A DNA stretch of 63,909 bases, filler included, from Sphaeroforma arctica JP610 (taxonomy: Eukaryota): NCBI RefSeq assembly GCF_001186125.1. It is 7 parts of 3 records of this genome, joined end to end, with 100 filler letters (N's around TTAATTAATTAA, not from the genome) between each part and the next. Parts side by side here need not be neighbours in the genome. Positions count along the whole stretch, not along the records: positions 1 to 13,268 come from NW_014040523.1; positions 13,369 to 30,217 come from NW_014040523.1; 5 more parts are not named here. One strand, 5' to 3'. Positions 11,238 through 23,200 of the stretch are shown here, in pieces. The number at the start of each line of letters is the position of its first letter. Position 1 is the first letter of the stretch. The notes under the pieces are model-generated. The model did no database searches. It saw nothing but the letters and a program-made list of their open reading frames with translations, and was not told where the DNA came from. The translations under genes were made by a program, and so were the position numbers.

Positions 11238-13268
11238 CTAGGATGCGATAGCAGATTTGCGGACATCGGCAATTTGGTCCCTACGCTGCTTCACGAGCCA
11301 GGTCTTGAGATCATTCTCGCAAAAAACGAGTTCTCCCGTATTCGTTGACCGTAACTGAGTTGAGATCGGGGGATTCAAACTTTCCAGGACAGCCCGCACC
11401 GCTTTGTCGAGCACCAATCCATCGGCACTGTTCTTACCTTCGCCTACTATGATTCTTGCAGACGGCGGCCTCGTTCCCTCCTGTGCATCGCCGTGGAGTG
11501 TCTGCAGTATGCGAAGTAACCTTCGCACAGCAGCTTGTGCTTGTAGCTGCGTGTGGTTGTGAAGATCAAGGACGCCTACCTTGTCAAACGTATTCCAGCA
11601 AGACCCATAGAGAGCGAACCTCTTAATCATATCCTCATATAACGAATCGATATGAGTATGTCCGCTGCTGATTGTCCCCAGTGCTTGCATAACGGCGTTG
11701 TATACCCCCGTGTCACGTTCGATACCTTTGATCTGCATTTGATCAAAAATCTCAATAGCTTTCATCCAGTCCTTCCCTTTCTCGCAGGCGGTTATAGCAG
11801 CACTGTATGTAAAGGTGTTGATTTCGACACCTTCGCATTCCATCTCACATAACAACTCAACAGCCTTCTCCGACTTTCCCACTCTCGCACACGCAGATAT
11901 GATAGCACTGTATGTTCTTGTATTGCGTACTATACCTGTACGAGCCATTTCATCGAACAATTCTATAGCTTTGCTCCACTGTGTCTCGTCCTCGCATGCA
12001 GAGATGGCTGTAGTGTACGTGATCGTATCCCGCTTGACATCTTTCCTGTCCATCTCATCGAAGACCTCCATTGCCTTCTCGAAATGACTACTCTTTTGAC
12101 AAGCGGATAATATAACGTTATACGTGATTGTATCTCGAACGCAGCCCGTGGCGCCCATTTCTTCAAACAGTTCCAAGGCTTTATTCGCCATTTCCCCTTT
12201 AACGCAGACGGATATCATTGTATTGTAAGTGATCGTGTCGCGTTTTATGCCTTTCCTTTCCATCTCATCAAATAACTCGATAGCTTTTCTAGCATTCTTA
12301 CGTGCTCCGCAGGTGGAAATGATAGTGTTGTAGGTGGTCGTGTTCGGTGCGATGCCGCTAGGCATCATCTCGTTGAATAAATTCATGGCTCTCTTGTACT
12401 CCCCTCTTTTCTCGCACGCGGATATCATCGTGTTGTATGTACCAGTGGTGCGTTCAATGCCCTTCCGGCCCATCTCATAGAATAACTCTTCGGCCTTCTC
12501 CGATTGCCCTCCACTCTCACAAGCGGATATTGCAGCACTATACGTGATGCTATTACCGGGAATACCCCTGCTCTCCATCTCGCTAAACAACTGCAGCGCG
12601 TCTATCCATCGGTCTAATTTCTTGTACGCAGTCATAGCAACAACGTACATCCGGGCATCCGGAGAGAACCCATCAGCAATCATATCTTGGAATAGAACCA
12701 CAGCCTCTTCGGCCTTCCCAGCCTTAATCAGCATCTGCATCACAGTAGTCCAGGTAATCCTGTCCGGCGTCACCCCGCGAACTCTCATATCGCCAAACAC
12801 CGCATACGCCGTTGCGTACCTTCTACTCGCACTCAGTGCAGAAATGCATGGGTTGTAATGATTGGCCGTGAGGGTATCCCCTTTTGCGCGATGGTACTTC
12901 AGCAGCGACAAACACCTATCAGGCTGGCGGTTCTCTTTGTATATACTCATTGCGTACTCACCATCGCTCGGACTTAGCTGCTTAGCGTACAGCAACTGGT
13001 CTACCACCAACGCCGCCTCTTTATAATTGCTGGTGCGTTTGGCATCCTGGGCCAACCGCTGCACTCCCAGTTTCTCATTGTACGGCGACTTGTCTCCCAC
13101 CAGCCCCGTTTCTTTATGTTGTCTGATGCGTTTGGCACCTTTGGCGGGCTGCTGGGCCGACTTCACTTTAGTTTGGCCGTGTTTGTGTCTATTTCCCGCA
13201 CGGCTCTTAGGTGGCTTGGTATGTAACGCAGCCGTTTGCGGAGAGCTGCTAGCCCTATCAGTCCCCTT
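11238..13268 (-). CDS. Pentatricopeptide-repeat protein with C-terminal SMR (MutS2/Smr) domain; 5' end runs into assembly gap
   Basis: About a dozen 35-aa P-type repeats (e.g. RDTITYNTMISVCVKGEMANKALELFEEMGATGCV); SMR motifs LDLHNH...AVRRLL and RIIVGEGKNS; reading frame stays open upstream to the N gap at 13269; no introns in visible part. Confidence 0.9.
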   Translation of the reverse strand, partial: KGTDRASSSPQTAALHTKPPKSRAGNRHKHGQTKVKSAQQPAKGAKRIRQHKETGLVGDKSPYNEKLGVQRLAQDAKRTSNYKEAALVVDQLLYAKQLSPSDGEYAMSIYKENRQPDRCLSLLKYHRAKGDTLTANHYNPCISALSASRRYATAYAVFGDMRVRGVTPDRITWTTVMQMLIKAGKAEEAVVLFQDMIADGFSPDARMYVVAMTAYKKLDRWIDALQLFSEMESRGIPGNSITYSAAISACESGGQSEKAEELFYEMGRKGIERTTGTYNTMISACEKRGEYKRAMNLFNEMMPSGIAPNTTTYNTIISTCGARKNARKAIELFDEMERKGIKRDTITYNTMISVCVKGEMANKALELFEEMGATGCVRDTITYNVILSACQKSSHFEKAMEVFDEMDRKDVKRDTITYTTAISACEDETQWSKAIELFDEMARTGIVRNTRTYSAIISACARVGKSEKAVELLCEMECEGVEINTFTYSAAITACEKGKDWMKAIEIFDQMQIKGIERDTGVYNAVMQALGTISSGHTHIDSLYEDMIKRFALYGSCWNTFDKVGVLDLHNHTQLQAQAAVRRLLRILQTLHGDAQEGTRPPSARIIVGEGKNSADGLVLDKAVRAVLESLNPPISTQLRSTNTGELVFCENDLKTWLVKQRRDQIADVRKSAIAS

Positions 13269-13368
13269 NNNNNNNNNNNNNNNNNNNNNNNNNNNNNNNN
13301 NNNNNNNNNNNNTTAATTAATTAANNNNNNNNNNNNNNNNNNNNNNNNNNNNNNNNNNNNNNNNNNNN
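13269..13368. other. Artificial contig linker N44-TTAATTAATTAA-N44 (also 30218-30317, 53149-53248, 55807-55906, 60174-60273, 62098-62197)
   Basis: Same 100-bp spacer design each time, with stops in all six frames. Confidence 0.97.
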
Positions 13369-14068
13369 AAGCCCGCAACCGTTGCGCACGAGTCATGACA
13401 GCAACTGCACGGGTCTGATGCGCCTCAAACTCATGCGCGGCCCGACTCACAGACTCCTCCAACACCAATTCTCCAGGCATGACAGCGGTCGTCATAAAGG
13501 TACATGAACCCACCACATGCTCAAGTGGTCGTATGAAAAAGCCTCCTAGCCTGGGGTCACGTCCACACCGAACAGGCTTCGTAACTACACCAGCCTCTAC
13601 CGGGACCACGCGATCCTGCACCATACAGGACTCCAAGTCATCCAGTCGTACCATCACCGCGCCAACCACAGCACTGATCACAGGCCGATGCGCATCCACC
13701 ATTGTCCAAAACTCCTCAGCCAACGTGAACTTCTCACAACGAGGACTAAGATGACAAATTAACGTCACAAATGGCGGCGGCGACATCGCCTCACGCCCAT
13801 GCTTCAAAAACACACCATGCTTAGGTGGAATAACAATTGGCGTATCCGCCAACAATGGGACCAACTGCTTAAACCAAGCAGCCTCAGGATAATACGGCAC
13901 CACCAGCGTCGCAGTGGCTCTATCTGACTTCACCCGTTGAACAACAGCATCCAACTTGGAAAACGGAGCATTCATGTACCAACGCCGCCCGAACCAAGTG
14001 TCCAAAGCAAACACCCCACCGTCTAAAGTGGGCGAATAGTATGGCACCATCAAGTTATTGCCCGGCAA
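13369..14068 (-). mobile_element. Retrotransposon pol fragment with Dam-like (N6-adenine methyltransferase-like) domain
   Basis: VFALDTW...WYMNAPFSKL..VVQRVKSDRATATLVVPYYPEAAWFKQL resembles the DAF.xW..NPPF..LVVP.WP..W.W MT domain of DIRS-type elements; ends in AVMTRAQ, a gypsy-like linker; truncated by gap. Confidence 0.65.
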
Positions 14069-14386
14069 TGCAAACCCTTAAAACTCGGAAATGTACAATA
14101 TTTACCAACTTTGATCTCTGTGTGCGATGCAGCTTTTATTACTTATTTCAGCTGAGGTGCTTGTAGGATTGAAACCAGGTGTGTTGGTGTAAACGGTGTT
14201 TAATTTGTGTCAATTGTGATCGCCAATAGTATATATAGCGGACGCTACGCTGCCGTATGACCACACACCAACGATACTACTTAGCTATCACAGCTTAAAC
14301 GTGAGCAAAAGTTATACACCTTTCTTCAACACGAAGAAGTAAACACCTCAAAGTGACAACAATCTGGCAGCCTGCTACTAATTCGG

Positions 14387-17300
14387 ATGCGACTGGATAT
14401 CTCTTTACTGGTTGCAATACTTGCCGTTACATACTACTACTTTTTACTGCCAGTTACAGTCGAATACTTATTTAAAACAACTTCAGTCGAAGAACAAGTA
14501 CATTCGGTTACCGAGAACACCCAAGCTACTATGTCGAATGTATGCTACCATGTACACAGAAAATAATGGCGGTTGTACTTGGCTACATAAGTGTCGGTCT
14601 CTACGCTTTGCTTTGTGTCTTTGTGTCTACTTCAGCAGTAGAGTATCAACGACAGCTGCTTCGCTTGAATGACAAATCAGTAGCAGTGTGAATCTTGCCG
14701 ATTTGTTATGATATTTAGCGTAGAGAGTCTCGGCATAAACCGCACGTACGTTGAATTTTGTAGAATGTGTGTGTCTCATTGATATTGAACTTCTCATATG
14801 ACGTCTGCGATTTAAAGAACTATAGTTGAACCTACCCGTACTGTGCAAAGTATATGTGTGTAATCATTCATCCATCCTCATGTGCCATGCTTCAGATACC
14901 AATCCATACAATGTGGTGTATCGTTGATCTGACAATCCACACCATACCATCCTTCATTTTGCCACAGATACTGTCACGTAGTGTTGTTCAGAGCGTGCTC
15001 TCAGTTGAACAGGCCGAGGGTGCCGGTGCCCGTGTGCGCCGGTCTATTGGAGGTAGACAACTGCGCAACTTTGACCCGTTTCTAATGCTGGATGAGTTCA
15101 AGGTTAAGGCCCCCAATGGCTTTCCCACGCATCCACACTGGTATGTACTCGTTTGTTATTTTTGGAAAAGAGAGACTACCACGATGATCAGAATATCTGA
15201 ATATGACTCCTGTTATAGCTCTGGGATGTTCGTGTGTATCTGGAGGCTCGTCTTGTACGCTCGTAGTGTTCATTCACATTCCCGATTGGTTGGTGTGTCA
15301 CTTGTTGTAAATTCTCTATTCCACTAATCAGTACAGTCCTGTGGTCCGGTCCTAAAATAATCCTCTAGGTGCGGTGTTCTAGTATGCTTACACTGCACGA
15401 ACAATGTTCAATGAAGCTGTTCCCAAGACAACTGTCAAGTGAAAATACGTATCCTTCGGTCTCGATTGACAGAGTTTTCGAGATATAGTTGTAAGTTCAC
15501 GTACGCTTTTATGGCTACATTGTGCTTTTCATGGAAGAGTCAGTGGAAGTGAGAGTGTGCTCGTATCGAATCCGTATGTGTACGCTGAATAGATACAGCC
15601 ACGCCACCGGAAGAAACTGTATCTACCACAGATATGTGTGGAGAATGCAAGTGTATTTAACGCCACCGGAAGAAACTGTATCTACCACAGATATGTGTGG
15701 AGAATGCAAGTGTATTTACAGTGTTGAATTCTCAGCCCAAACCAACGCGCGAGCATCATAAATCACTGTGTAGATAAATTCATATGGAACAATTCGCTTC
15801 ACAGGGGATTTGAAACAGTCACGTACATGCTCCAGGGGGCCGTTTCCCACGAAGACTTTGCCGGCCACCAGGGAGTTATATATCCCGGCGATTTGCAGTG
15901 GATGACCGCGGGACGGGGGATCATGCACAGTGAGAAACCGTATGGCACAGGGGAGTCAGCAGGTCTGCAACTGTGGGTGAACTTGGCGAAGGAGTACAGA
16001 ATGGTCAAGCCAGCGTGCCAAATATGGATATCTATTTGTTGGTACGTATTCGATATTTAATGGTACGGATTAGAGATTTAATAGTACGGATTAGATTTTG
16101 ATGAAGGGTCAGCTGCCGATTCTTTTATAATAAGAGCTCGATTGGTGTGTTCACCCTTTCTGGGATCGATCCCTTATTCCCATACAATGAACACTATGTC
16201 TCTATGTACAATGGCTTGGTCGTGCCTGGGTAAGCAACCTAGCCCCTCGACCTTATTGCCAAGCGTAGTGTATCGAGTGCGTGCTTGTCAGTTATATGTT
16301 CTATTCTTTCGAGGATATAACAGTACAGTATATAATAAAGCATCTGCTAACTTTTTATCGAGGTGACCTATCCTTTGCCCATCAGGAACTTAGAAGCAAG
16401 GACATAAGCAAAGTGGAGAAGGACGGTGTGCACATAGCCGTCATCGCAGGCAAGGCGATGGATGTGGAGAGTGTGGTGTACACACGCACCCCTACAATGT
16501 ACCTGGACGTCACAATGCAGCCCGGAAGCAGCTACAGTCAGGCAATCCCCAGTGATATAGCATATGTTTAGAACACCTGCTACGATGTTTGCACAAGGTT
16601 CACATGTATGGATGCGCCCCAAGCGCACCAATACGAATATACGGCATTGCATTCGTATGTAGTTGTGCGTAATCTTGCCTGTATTCGGTAGTGAAAACGT
16701 TTATACGTATTCCAACCCATGGCATAGCTGACTTTGGTGCAAAGTCTGGTCGTGGGGTGCACATGTTTGTTTTATAGTTAGTATTCTATCGTTCGATACC
16801 TTTGTGCTTGTGCATGTGTGTCCGCTTGTACATGTGTGTCAGTACGCATGTATGTACTCCCGTTCCAATCGACCTTTGCATATCTGCAAGGGTGCGGCAA
16901 GCGGTGCTTAACGTTATCAGACACAGCTGCTCACATATGTATGGGACGCCAATTGAAAGAACATGATAGCTGCCATGCTACACGCGCATGTGTACACAGG
17001 TTCATACGTACAGAAGGGCGTCTCCTGTGCTTATAAAGCTTTCATGAGAAGTCAAAGCCCACGAACGCACATAAACGTACCTCAGACTTAGACTACCACA
17101 CCCTACGCTTATATGCCACAGATTATAACGCGTTCGCATACACGTTGAGTGGCCAAGCCGTATTTAGGACCGAGGGAAGCACAACACCGTCTGACGCGCA
17201 CTATACCGTTGTGTTCTCGTGGCAAGAGGGGGAGTCAGGCATACACATCTCTGTGCCTGCCGATGCCAAAGCGGTGTGTGTGTTTGTGGCGTTTGCATAT

Positions 17301-18762
17301 CAGTATCATGGGTGCCTGGTTAAACGTCTATATCAAAGTCAAGGAACTCCTTGGCTAGACTAATACACGCATCATAGTGCCGGCCTAAGCCAGAGAGGTG
17401 CTACTGTGTGTTAGTATGTAGTTAATGTGACTGTGTGTTAGTATGTAGTTTTTGTGACTGTGTGTTAGTGTGTAGCTATTGTGACTGTGTGTTAGTGTGT
17501 AGTTATTGTGACTGTGTGTTAGTGTGTAGTTATTGTGACTGTGTGCTGTGTGTTAGTGTGTACTTTTTGTGACTGTGTGTTAGTGTGTAGTTATTGTGAC
17601 TGTGTGTTAGTGTGTAGTTATTGTGACTGTGTGTTAGTGTGTAGTTATTGTGACTGTGTGTTAGTGTGTAGTTATTGTGACTGTGTGTTAGTGTGTAGTT
17701 ATTGTGACTGTGTATTAGTGTGTAGTTATTGTGACTGTGTGTTAGTGTGTAGTTTCTGTGACTGTGTGTAAGTGTGTAGTTATTGTGGCTGTGTGTTAGT
17801 ATGTAGTTAATGTGACTGTGTGTTCGTATGTAGTTGATGCGACTGTGTTGTGCTTCAGGTCTGTTGCTTGGCTGACATCATACGGTTCGCAGACCCTCCT
17901 GCAATAGTTTTGCACTCCACTCGTAGTGCGTAAGAATGTTACATCTTGTTTCCTCTCGCTCGACCCATCTACCCGAGGCACCGCGTGAGTAAGCGTTGAA
18001 CTAGGCTTCACGTATTGTATCCGAGTACAAACGTTAGACCAGTTTTTGCACAGTGTATTAAACTTTGAGACGTATACTACGCGGCTGCTGCTAGTGCGCT
18101 CGATCGTACTGGTCTTGGTGACAGCTACTTTACGCTTTCACACCGGTGTTCATTCATGGTTAGGCAAACCAACATTGCCAAGCACCCACCCACGTGACGA
18201 TTGTGCATGCTAAATGAAAATTCACACACTTCTCTTGACTTACTGTGCTATAGCCAGCGAGGTTTGTTCTGCTCGGTGGAAGACCAATCAATGAACCGAT
18301 AGTACAACATGGCCCGTTTGTGATGAACACGCAGGCTGAGATTAGGCAAACCTTCGAGGACTTCTCGAATGCAAAGGTACTTAGACCTGTCGTTGTTAGG
18401 TATACTTGAGCACAAAATCAGACAAAGGTTTGATGCGTGTCCAAATACGAAGCTTCGTGGCTGTGTCTGTTTTGCCTTCTATATGCAGCTGATAACATAT
18501 TATTTGAATTAATTTGCATTAGTTTCTTGGTATTGATAAGTTTCCTTTAGAATGCTTTCTATATGCAGCTGATATCAGATTACTTGAATTAATTCGCATT
18601 AATTCCTTGCTACAGATAAGTTTCCTCTACAACTCTTTCTATAAGCAGTTGATCCCATATCACTTGAATTAATTCGCATTCGTATTTCGCCCCTTTGACC
18701 GGCAGAATGGATTTGAAGGTGCAGACACATGGCAAGCCACTCAGGATGTGAGTTTGGATTAG
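14387..18762 (+). CDS. PIR: Pirin (cupin, quercetinase-like), multi-exon; exons ~14968-15140, 15805-16021, 16386-16554, 17122-17273, 18254-18376, 18706-18762; tentative first exon 14387-14497
   Basis: [90 protein letters not shown]; two donor sites look non-canonical (see findings). Confidence 0.88.
15601..15718. repeat. Perfect 59-bp tandem duplication in pirin intron
   Basis: acgccaccggaagaaactgtatctaccacagatatgtgtggagaatgcaagtgtattta x2. Confidence 0.9.
17403..17850. repeat. 27-bp minisatellite (intronic)
   Basis: Unit gtgtgttagtgtgtagttattgtgact repeated ~16 times. Confidence 0.95.
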
Positions 18763-20255
18763 CTAGCCCGCATGTAGGTACCGCAAATAGTTGCCGTACA
18801 TACATAAGAATAAGTACAATAGTTAACGTACATCAGAACAAGTACAATATTAAACGTACATCAGGACAAGGACAATAGTTAACGTACATAAGAACAAGTA
18901 CAATACAAGAATGTCCACGACTGAATTGTTTCAGCGCAGGTCTAAGGTACTACATATATATTCCCTTTTACGGAAAGACTGCCGATGACTGGGCCATTTG
19001 ATACACAGCCAATACTAAGGAAATACACAACCAATAATAAGAAGATTGAACCATACAAACGCACTAGCTTAACGTCACATAAACTACATGATACAGGATG
19101 AATAAACCATACGTAACGTACTAGCTTAACTTTATATACAATACACGTTACAGGAATAATGAACCATACCTAACGTACTAGCTTAACATTATATACACTA
19201 ATTGAAAATAGCTATATCGTTTTCAGCGAAAAGCCGGCACGCGGACACTGTAGGTGATCCCCTCTGACAGTGACAGTGTTTCAACACGAAGCCCAGAGGC
19301 CGAAACAAAGGGGCTTCATTTCAATCATTTGGCCCGAAGCCGAAATGTCAATGAACGCATATCCCGCCCTTTCTACAGTCAACAATCTGATTGGACGCGT
19401 ACCCACTGCAGAGTAGCGAATTAGCCAATGGTTTCCGAGCAAGTTTTGATTGTGCAATACAGCCGGCTTCTGAGTTCACTCAGTTCAGTTCAGTTCTGAC
19501 TGTAGTGAGTAGTGACTAATACTTTTAAAAAGTAGCGATTATTAATGCATACATACTGAGTACTGACTACATATGAATTGCCAAATAAACATACATACAG
19601 TACTAGAAAAGTCATGTCTATTATATTATAAAGCATGTTAGCAGGATCCTCGACAAGCCAAGCAATGCAAGCTTTGCGGCCAGCCTAATAACCTCTACCC
19701 ATGGGCTATGTATCACACGGGAGCGGTCAGCAGGAGTGATGGTCTAAGTCCCCACGATACCACTGTAATGGATAGTATCAAGTTGGGTGATATCGGGGAG
19801 AAGACACCGATACGAGAATCGAGCACACTCAAACACCACACCTTTCAACTTAGCACGGCAGTCTATGCACATGTACAACATATTGAAGGATTCCAGATGA
19901 AATCTGAGAACTACACCGTAGTTCAATTTTAGCAAGCTAGTGCGGAATAAATATCTTACATATACATACAAATATATATATGTATACATATACGAATATA
20001 TATATAGTCTTATTTGTAATTATATCCTATCTCTGTTACTGGAGTCAATCCTTAGCGCTTAGAGCAGCGTATGCACCGTTTTGCTACCATATCCATTTAT
20101 ACGCATGTGTGTAGTGTCTGGCCTAAAACAACCGATATATATACACCACTTAACTTTGTATCTTAAGCTCGCACAGACAATCTCATTCCTTTACTAATTA
20201 TATACATGTACGTGTAGTACTACTAAATAGAGCCATTGCAGGTGCGTTTGGCCGG

Positions 20256-23200
20256 TTACTCTTCATCATCTCCTTCATCGCTCTCGTCCTCACTGTCACC
20301 ACTGTACTCCACCATGTCATCGTCGGCCGCATCCTCGTCTTCTGATTGGCTGTCCTCGGACTCTGACTCTGAATCAGAGGTATCTGCCAATGAAATCGTA
20401 GGTATAGTTACAGGGATTATAAGTTCACCTGTCTTGGGTGTAAATTGTGTATAGACCAATAGGTCTGGATCAAGGCTAGTACAGGCACACTTGCATGTAT
20501 CTGCCAATGATAATGTAGGTATAGGTACAGGGAATATAAGTTCATCTGACTTGGGTGTATAATTATGTATATAGTAAAATATAGGTCTGGATCAAGGGCA
20601 GTACAGGCACAGTTGCGTGTATATCTGCCTTGTGACTCAGATATAAGCACATAACCTTCTGGCCGAAAATGAGGATAGCTGATGGCAGGTACATAGATGA
20701 ATACAAAACAAACAAAGCAATGGATCCTAATACAATGCCTGTTGAAAAGCAAACAGTATATACGTACACTAATATTCATGGCAAAGACAATACACGCACA
20801 TCCAGTAGTTTAAACGGAACACAAACATTATATATATCCATATTCAAAGTAAAGGCAAATACATGCACATCAATGGAAAGCAAACATTATAAACATCCAT
20901 ATTCATGGTAAATAAATACACGCACATCCACCAATTCACATGGGAACGCCGATATACCTTCATCCTTGAACGTTACAGCGTTCTCCTTCAGTCCACTCAC
21001 ACCATCCAGTTGTGCTTGTACCGATATCTGAGACAGACAGACAGAGAGAGGGAAAGTGACAGTGTGCAATAGGGTGAGCACAATGCTTCTATTGTATACT
21101 ATGACACTATGATCTTATGATACTACGATCATATGATATTATGATACTACGATCATATGATCTTATGATACTACGATCATATGATACTATGGAGACTTCC
21201 CACATGATTGCGACTTCCTGTCGTCCACATGGTAGTTTATAGATCTGATCCACGTGTCAAATGCATACGTCGCGCGATGCGAGATTATATCCGATGTTAC
21301 AAGTATGCGATTGGTATTACACACAAGCATGTGATAAGAACGCTACCCTCGTAAGCATATGATAGGACTACACTTATGAAGTATGAGCGTATCGATGCGC
21401 ACAGGCATGTGGTGCTCATACTCAAAACTATGCAGGTGTTTTCCTGGTATGTGCTTGTGTATTCTAATGGCGCTTCACGGTGTATTGGTCCGCGAATCAG
21501 GACAGTTGCAGTCCTTCTAGATACCAAAGGGGTGCAGGACAGGACAGAGAAATGAACCCATCAACGAGTACACGCGGACAGTTAGCCAAACCTGACCAAA
21601 CTAGACTACGCGCACACCAGAACCTTCTTTGCGCAATATATGAACGATACTTCAATAAACGCTTGCGACGCTACATCGGGATGGACAACGTTACACACAC
21701 AAAGGAAGGTAGATGATACAGCCTGAACACGCACCCATACAACCAGTGACAAGCTAGCACATCCCAACAGGGCATACTTTCTGAGACTACGGAACTACGA
21801 TCCAGCTTACTCAAGGACTGAATGAATCAAAACGCCCCTTATGTACACAGCAGCTATACATTCGAACAACAAAGCAAAGTAAAACCCACTATAACCCAAC
21901 CCAACGCTTAACGATACGCACCTGGCTCAACAGCAGATCCAGCCGACCATTCAGCGCCAAAAGCTTCCTGAACACACTCAACCGTGCGTCAACCAACGAC
22001 GACAGACCCCCCAGACTCTCCCGCACGTTGGGGACAGTCATCAGGTAGGATGTGTGGACTACCATCACCGTCTTAATCCACGGCACCAGCTGAGCGCCGC
22101 GAACCGGCTTGGCCTGGAATTTGGCTACGATAGCCTCGAGGAAGGGGATGACGTAGGGGGTGGGCAGGTGCTGCACTGTGTTACGCACCACGTGCTCGTT
22201 GGTGTTGGAGATACACTCTTCCAGAAGGGACAAGTCGTTGCTGTGTAGGGCCTGCAGGGGTTTAGGGGGTAGTTTTAGGGAGTAGGGAAGGGGGTTTAGA
22301 GTTTGGGGGAAAGTCGGATAGTTTCTTTTAGGGTTTAGAGGGTTAAGGCGTGTAGGCTTTTAGGGGGTAGGTAGTAGGGTTTAGGGTTAGAGGAGGGAAT
22401 TATCAGTTTTAGAGTCCAGGAGAAGTCGGATCGTTTCTTTGCAAGGCCCGTACGTTTCCAGAGAGCAACAATACATCAGTGGTCACTACACGAGGAGATA
22501 TATATATACACACCCACAAATAGGGTTTTAGAGTTTTATTCAGCACGGCAATGGATAGTCCAACTGTCGCTGAAGTCAATAACGAGTGAAAACTGGGTAC
22601 TACCAATGCACAAGCATAGCCTTCGGATTTAGAAGGCCATGACACAAGAGCATGTTATACAGATGACACAAGAGCATGTTCAAATAAAAGAAATACAGAT
22701 ACAACTATTACACTACATTACCAATGCACAAGCATAGCCTTCTGATTTAAAAGGCCATGACACAAGAGCATGTTCAAATAAAATAAATACATATGCAACT
22801 ATTACACTACATTGGTTCATAATAGCAATGACTCAACAACTGACAGATCCCGCTACGATATCACTGTGGCATGGATTCGCAAGCAAATGGGAAAGGAAGC
22901 TACGCCCACACCGAATTCGTCGTGGGGATTTGGATTCAAGACTGGTGTTCTGCATGGACAAGTATATACACCCGTGTATCTGTAAAATGCTGTGAATGTG
23001 TAGAGGTATCTATAGAAAACATCGGAATCATGCATGGGCAAGTATATACACACGTGTATCTGTAAAATGCTGTGAATGTGTAGAGGTTTCTATAGAAAAC
23101 ATCGGAATCATTAAGGGTAGTACACACATACGCACCTGCGCCAGAAGTTTCGCCAGGGAATCGGCCTTGGTGGTTTTGCCCCTGCTGCGCTTTGTGGGCA

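Noticed and set aside
13313..13324. Recurrent TTAATTAATTAA palindrome flanked by Ns (six times)
   Set aside because: Assembly linker with stops in all six frames, not biological.
17535..17771. Cys-rich ORF (CDCVLVCSY)n resembling metallothionein
   Set aside because: Translation of an intronic 27-bp minisatellite inside the pirin gene.
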